This document shows, one piece after another, positions 58,101 to 64,000 of a DNA stretch of 64,000 nucleotides (positions are counted from its first letter, which is position 1; every line of letters starts with the position of its first letter). Origin of the DNA: Fistulifera solaris (lineage: Eukaryota); the NCBI GenBank assembly GCA_030295235.1, contig AP026162.1:1984001-2048000 (forward strand), written 5' to 3'. Under the pieces are notes generated by a model. It was not told where the DNA came from. It did no database searches and saw only the letters and a program-made list of their open reading frames with translations. Both the position numbers and the translations under genes were made by a program.

Positions 58101-59421
58101 TATTCCGTGTGACATTGATCCGGCACTAACAATTTTACGAAATACCGTGAAAGATGAAATGCACGGTTCACGCGACCCGTAAATTCCCTATTCGGCGATA
58201 GCTGTCGTCTTGGGCTTGAGCCAATCGCTGATGAAAAGCGATAAAGAAGCCATGCTTGCAGCCATAATAAACCACAGCGAGATTACCTTTCCCTCTCTTA
58301 TCGATCACAACATGCTTGCTTTTGTTCATATCACCGTGTATCCCACGAGTTGTATTTTCGGGAAAACAAACAAAACCATGATACTGTGCAACTTGCAGGC
58401 ATTGCTCAGCTGTCAGTTTTGTTCGCTTGGTAGCAAGAATAGCTTGAATGTTTCGTGGCAAACGCTTCAATTCCCCCTGATCGTAGCAAGGCCATCGCAA
58501 TGTCAGCCGAAGGTAATACTCTCCCCCTTCCATTTGAAAGCCGGTCCCTTCTATGTTGGATTCTTTTATCATAATCAAGAAGTCCACCATTTTCCAAAAA
58601 GGTGCACACTCCACAGGAATGTTATTGGACGCTGACACCTGTGGGCTGTAAGTCACCAGCCCCATCACCTTCAAATGATTCAGGATATGGGACAGAGGGG
58701 ACTGATGGGCATAAAGGAATCATCGTGATCTCGGTATCAAAGTCAGCGGTGACATCGCATACTGCAGCATCAGTGGCCTTTAGATCAGCATCATCCACGG
58801 AGGCAACGTCGCTCTCAGAAGATTGGGAATCAATACCCGTACGGCGATGATGCTCGGCAATTACTGCGGTCTCGGCTTCAACAACATTAGCGGCAGAGAC
58901 CGTGAACTTGGAGTCATACATTAAGCCATCGACGGCCTTGACGGCAGATTTATCATTGCACTCAACATCGGCATGGGAATCAAGATCCGAGACTTCGACT
59001 TCTGTACCTGAATCTCCCACGGATTTGAAATCGGAGCTCTCATATATGGAAATCACCGAAGAGTCATCGTCGGAGGTCTCGCAATCGTCGTCGGCAGTCC
59101 GGTAATCAGAATCATTCTCTGAGCCAACATCAGTGGCCTCGAATTCTGAATCATCCATCGATTCGTCATTGCTTACATCCAAAGCGACCTCTGGTACTTT
59201 TTCTGCAGGGAGAATGGTCGAGGATCGTTCTCGAGTAGGGGCGACAATTCACGTCCTTCAGCGGACACTTCCGTATCATTTCCAATCTCTTTCTTACAGA
59301 ACTCCTGGTGACTCGAAAATGATCTTCATGCTCGGGTTCTTTTGTAACACGGCAATTTTCCTTCGGAGCAGGTTTGGTTTTTAGACTCGCAATCGTCTGT
59401 CTTAGCAGTCACGGAACTCAT
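55161..59421 (-). pseudogene. Disrupted gene: acidic N-terminus, unknown domain, HNH, intron, NUMOD4-like/HNH, two copies of an unknown ~100-aa domain
   Basis: HNH motifs GYRQI..LAAIFIGPRP..VIHH..DNNVDDLEWLTQSEN and FYRVAVEAY..IVDHIDRDRTNNSFENL. In-frame GTGAGT..TTTTCAG intron 56579-56509. About 7 frameshifts and a TIR-element insertion. The 5' end is uncertain. Confidence 0.75.
56896..58181. mobile_element. Non-autonomous TIR DNA transposon (1286 bp)
   Basis: 33/34-bp TIRs: TACGGGTCGCGTGAACCG(C/T)GC(G)ATTTCATCTTTC at 56896-56929 and inverted at 58149-58181. Flanked by the direct repeat AATTC (56891-56895, 58182-58186). No transposase ORF seen inside. Confidence 0.88.
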
Positions 59422-62050
59422 GCTGATTCTTGACGTCTTGCAAGATCAATGATAACTTCTCAACAGCTTTCTGGTCAATTAGACAATACTGCATAGTCGT
59501 TAGAACATCAGTTAGTGCAAGGTAGGCGATTGATACGAGGGAACGCGATTCGTTCCGTCAGCATTGATCTGTCGCATTTGATTAGCCCCATCATAAAAAA
59601 AAACTCTTGACTAGTTCGCCGGACACCGGCGATCATCTGGAAACGTACCTAAATCTAGCCTGAAAAATCACGCTTTTTCTATGACAACAAGAATTAATGA
59701 ACAGACAGAATGCGTTTTCCATAAGGAAGTGACAACCTGGGATGGTTTTCAAACAAAAGTTTGGTGCCTCAAAGAAAGTTTGATGTTTGATTTCGGTCGA
59801 GTGCCGTGGGAGCGGTGTAACGGTTTTTTGCGCGCAATTCATCATAGTTCAAAATATCTTCAAAACCACTGCGACCTGAAATACAGAGGGCTCCCTGTGC
59901 GATGTTTACGTTTAGATTTGGCATCTCGTGCATTTCAATTGCTTGTTCAAGCTGTCTACTGGTTAGACGATCAATGAGCTGACATCAACCAAGCTCTCAA
60001 AGGAAAGATTACCATGGCAGACATAGACTGCAAGTATCCTTTTCGGTGACGACGGAGAGTGGTGAAGTGCGTTCGATGACGCCGGAAGAGATTAACGCAT
60101 TTGTTCGGCAACAACCGCCATGCGCACATAAGATCATCCTCAAAAGTCTTCATGAGGAAAAGTAAGCAAACCTCCTTTGTTGGTGTCATCGCCCTACATC
60201 CAAATGCAAGAATTCCATGAATGTCAACAGCAATCTCTACCTTTTCACTACTTTGTACCATCGAAACAATTATCGCTTGTTGTCGATATCACATTAACTA
60301 GGATCATGGTGTCCCAAATTACGTTTCGAGCTCAAGAGTTATGGTACCGCGCCGGCGAGAGCACGATTTCAAGCCAAATCCAGATGTCTTGTAAAGCTGC
60401 CACTGTCTCCTTTCAATTCGTAATGCCACCATCCAGCATCTAGTTACCAACAAGATGTTTACCCTTTCCTTAAACAGTCTTTGCCCATCCGACATGAGCC
60501 CCGTCTTCTCTTAAAAACGCTTCTCAGGGGATTGTTTGAGTGATACAGACACGGTAAGGCATACAATTCGACGAAGCCTTTTGAACAAGTTCTGAATTTC
60601 CCTTTCCTGCTAACATTTTTGGAATTCTCAAGCGGCATCAATTCTTGATTGTTTGTCCAATGATAGCGTCATTGACTATCAAGCTACGGACCCGCATTCG
60701 AATGGATCCAAAGAACATGGAATACGAGAGAAGTTCGTTCTAAGCAAGCTATCTTGACTCCCTCATTTTCGATCGCCATTGATGCCATTCCGCAAGTCGA
60801 ATTCACTTCCCCTTGATAATATCCAAAATTGCCGCGCATAGAACATTTTCATGTGTATGAAATGAAGGCGATGAATGATGAATGATGAAAAGAAGTGAAA
60901 ATGAAGTTCGGATCATATGCGGGGAAGGACGCGAGAGACGAGAGCGGCGGAGTTTCGTCGTCGAGCAGAGCGACACAGCGACGCGAGCGAGGAGTGTCGC
61001 AGTGTCGAGTGAGAAGTGGAAGTGAACCCAGGCGCCTGTCCGCTGTACGAGAAGAAGTTGGTTAACCTCACTCATAGCTCGTACCGGTACTCACATCTTG
61101 TCTTTTGTCTTTTCACAACCTTTCATTTTTTTTTGTTTATGAGTCATCTCGACCATGGCCTGTATATCGTGTATTTATCTGTTTTATCTTCTTTCTTCTT
61201 TCAAACAAGCGACAACTTATTAACTTTGCAATATTCTGGAAGTAATTGATCGAAGGTTTGTAGTCTAAAATTGATTTCCGCTGATCATATGAGAAACGTA
61301 ACGTAAGCTGAGTGTTCACGACGCAAGTCTTCGCAGCGAAAATGAACGTGGAGAAGCAAGCTAAAACTCAATTAAAGCATCATTTATTGGAAGATTTTAC
61401 TGACATTGATTGTGCCGAAAACGAGAGGTCTTTTCCTTTCATATATTACCGACATCCATTTCTACAAGACGGCCTCATCATCAGTTTTCTATGTCTTGCT
61501 CCACTTTTGCCTCAAAGGCAAAGATTATTGTTGATAGAAGTACTTCCTTTTGAGAAGTTTGCGGCATACCCGCTCCGCTTTCTCGTCCCGCTTGTACAGT
61601 AGTAGACTGGGCACGAACGACATGCTTCTCTCAAGACGAGCGACGATGCATCAATCAGTCAAACAAATTATCTCTAGTATTATCAGAGAGAAGAAATCCC
61701 ATTTTTACAACGCTGCTGAAACAGAATAATCCCGAGAAAGCTCACTAGAAAGGGTAGTACACGTAATTGTTTTAGTAATTGACGCATCATGCAACACGGG
61801 CTGAAACGTAAAACGTAGTGGCTTACTAGAGCTAAACATGTTTTTCTCTTTGAAAAAATCTGAAAAATAGGCTACCGTACCAGGTACCAGTGCTGTAGAC
61901 TAAAGACCCCCTTAGATAGGTCGATTTTTTGGTCGCATCCAAAGCCTCGACACCGAAAATTGAGTGAAGCAGAAACGATGACGTCAACAAAAATACTAAG
62001 CAGTTAGATACAAAAACAAACTTTTATTAATACCAAGGAACATAGCACAC

Positions 62051-62121
62051 GCACCCTTGGTGTAGTGGTAACATAATTGCCTTCCAAGCAATTGCCCTGG
62101 GTTCGATTCCCGGAGGGTGCA
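62051..62121 (+). tRNA. tRNA-Gly (anticodon TCC)
   Basis: Acceptor stem GCACCCT/AGGGTGC, D arm TGGTGTAGTGGTAAC, anticodon arm ATTGC-CTTCCAA-GCAAT, T loop GTTCGATTC, followed by a TTTTT Pol III terminator. Confidence 0.96.
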
Positions 62122-62454
62122 TTTTTGCCTCATGATGAGGAGATTTTATTGATGGAATTAAAGCGCCATGGTCGAATTTTTGTGCCTCGAAAAATTTGTA
62201 CACAAAAACCTATAGTACTTTGGTCTGCACTTCTTCCGTACGACATGAGGTACCGGTGCGACATAGACGGGTATCGTCTCGCGTCGTACGTCTTCACGAA
62301 CGATCTCTTTTGTAGCGCCTACGGCGAGGCAGAATTTAACGCCTTTTCTCATCAACATCAACATCAACGCAAACGCCCATCTACTGGTAGAACAACGCAA
62401 CCAAGGGCAATCTCGTCATCACTATTAATCGCCTCAATCACACAATAGAATCAG

Positions 62455-63441
62455 ATGAGTCTCCCTATTCCTAGCCTCGGCTCTGGCACAGCCAACATCG
62501 ACCCCAAAGAACAAGAAGCCATTGACAATATTTTGATTGCGCTGGCCAGTCGCAGTAACGGCGATCTTCGCAAACTGTTGCATTCATTTTTCAGCTTCCT
62601 TCATCGTCGAACGGATTTTTACATTGTACCGCACGAAGACGATGTGCACACTAAGATGGGATTTCGAGAAGGTGATGCCGAGAAGGTCCTGCTTGCCGCA
62701 TTTCGTCAGTTTCCTCTCCGAAAGATGCCTCGTCAAGCCGATATCGTGGCAGCCAAGAAAACACAAGCACCAAAGAATACTACAACCAGCGGGCCACCTT
62801 CGAACGAAACTCCTGTTAAAGAATCGAAACTCAACCAGCCGCGAAAATCAGAGGACGACAACCAAATACGGTTGACGGAGAAAGGTCTCCAGATACCCGT
62901 GGGGAACGGCGGAGCGACAGAGAAATACAAGTGGACACAAACCATTGATGAATGTACGGTAATGATTCAAGTTCCCGTAGGGATTCGAGGGAAGGAGTTG
63001 GATGTCAGCATTACTGCGTCGTCAATTGAAGTCAAACCGAAAAAGCCGTTGGAAGATGGGACGGATCTGTTTGTGAGAGGTCCTTTAACCGAGAGTATAG
63101 ATCCCAGCGAGTCGACCTGGAGTTTGGAAGGTGGTGTAGTGGTTCTAGTATTGTATAAAAAGCAAAAGAAATTTTGGGACACAATTCTAGTGGGCGACAG
63201 TAAGATTGACACATCCATGGTAGACTCGAGACGGAATATAAGCGAATACGATGAAACGACACAGGCACAGGTTCGCAAAATGATCTTTGATCAGAATCAG
63301 GTGCAGAAAGGATCGCCCACGTCGGACGAAATCGCTGGGATAAAACCTCCCATTCCTCCGTTACCTCCTGGAGTAGAATACATCAACCAGGAGAAACTGG
63401 ACGAAGCGTTCAAACTTGATGCACCGAATAAAGGTGATTGA
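62455..63441 (+). CDS. NUDC: Nuclear migration protein NudC (NudC-N + CS domain)
   Basis: FFSFLHRRTDFY, GNGGATEKYKWTQT, ESTWSLE and ETTQAQVRKMIFDQNQVQKGSPTSDE motifs. Confidence 0.93.
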   Translation: MSLPIPSLGSGTANIDPKEQEAIDNILIALASRSNGDLRKLLHSFFSFLHRRTDFYIVPHEDDVHTKMGFREGDAEKVLLAAFRQFPLRKMPRQADIVAAKKTQAPKNTTTSGPPSNETPVKESKLNQPRKSEDDNQIRLTEKGLQIPVGNGGATEKYKWTQTIDECTVMIQVPVGIRGKELDVSITASSIEVKPKKPLEDGTDLFVRGPLTESIDPSESTWSLEGGVVVLVLYKKQKKFWDTILVGDSKIDTSMVDSRRNISEYDETTQAQVRKMIFDQNQVQKGSPTSDEIAGIKPPIPPLPPGVEYINQEKLDEAFKLDAPNKGD

Positions 63442-64000
63442 TCAATATTTAGACGGGGAAGATCGTGGTTTGTATAATTAGTTCATCTAGAGTCATTTGC
63501 TGGTCAATGTGTAGCTTCAAAGTTAAGTTTTTGGTTTCGAAAATGAGCCGCTTCTAATTTGCAGAGTACGGCCAAAGTGAAAAATACGAGTTCATTGGTG
63601 CACCGGTGCAGAGATTTGATGCATTTTGGGTATATTTAGATGCTCTTGACGGAGGGATGTAGTTTTAGTCAACAGAAAGTCGTGAAACTCATCACACACT
63701 ACTACATACGACTCAACTTAATTCAGTCCCGGGATTCTTCGTCGAACTTTCTTCCCTTAAACTGATGCGCACTCGATGCCACTGCTTTCAATAAAAGCAT
63801 GGTCAAAGAACATTACATTGTCATGATGGACGCGGTGTTAACGCTGTTTATGAACCATCATCTTGGAGGTGTGAATAATGACGGCCATTGCCAGTCGTAA
63901 AACATTTGTTAGCGTTTTACTATCCTGTAAATTGTAGAATACTTTTTCTGAGACACCTCGGGTGGTTTTCAGTCCCGAACGTTGTTTTTAGTCTTTATAG

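Noticed and set aside
62077..62448. 123-aa ORF upstream of NudC
   Set aside because: Begins inside the tRNA-Gly gene at a TTG and has no recognisable motif.

Overview
Gene-dense eukaryotic nuclear DNA, most likely from a pennate diatom (short GT-AG introns, diatom-type hypothetical families, signal+Tat plastid-lumen targeting, RXL/Lys-Gly-rich cell-surface protein). About 23 protein genes are recognisable (EXS, ArfGAP, CDK-like, DDT-PHD, EMC8/9, PTPMT1, FKBP12, BOP1, SPT5, FAM172/Arb2, MTR4, AAA+, AP-4 beta, SGNH, proteasome beta, LRR, dynamin-like GTPase, NudC and others), plus tRNA-Gly(TCC) and a probable intronic C/D snoRNA. Many essential genes carry single-base indels in homopolymers, which points to long-read consensus errors. 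Two unexpected things stand out. (1) A dispersed family of ~212-246 bp-period tandem arrays at six loci, built around a shared hairpin-containing core and mostly placed in head-to-head promoters. (2) A decayed, intron-containing gene with two phage-type NUMOD4/HNH nuclease domains and a duplicated unknown C-terminal domain. It is split by a 1.29-kb TIR element with a 5-bp target duplication, and removing that element restores the reading frame.
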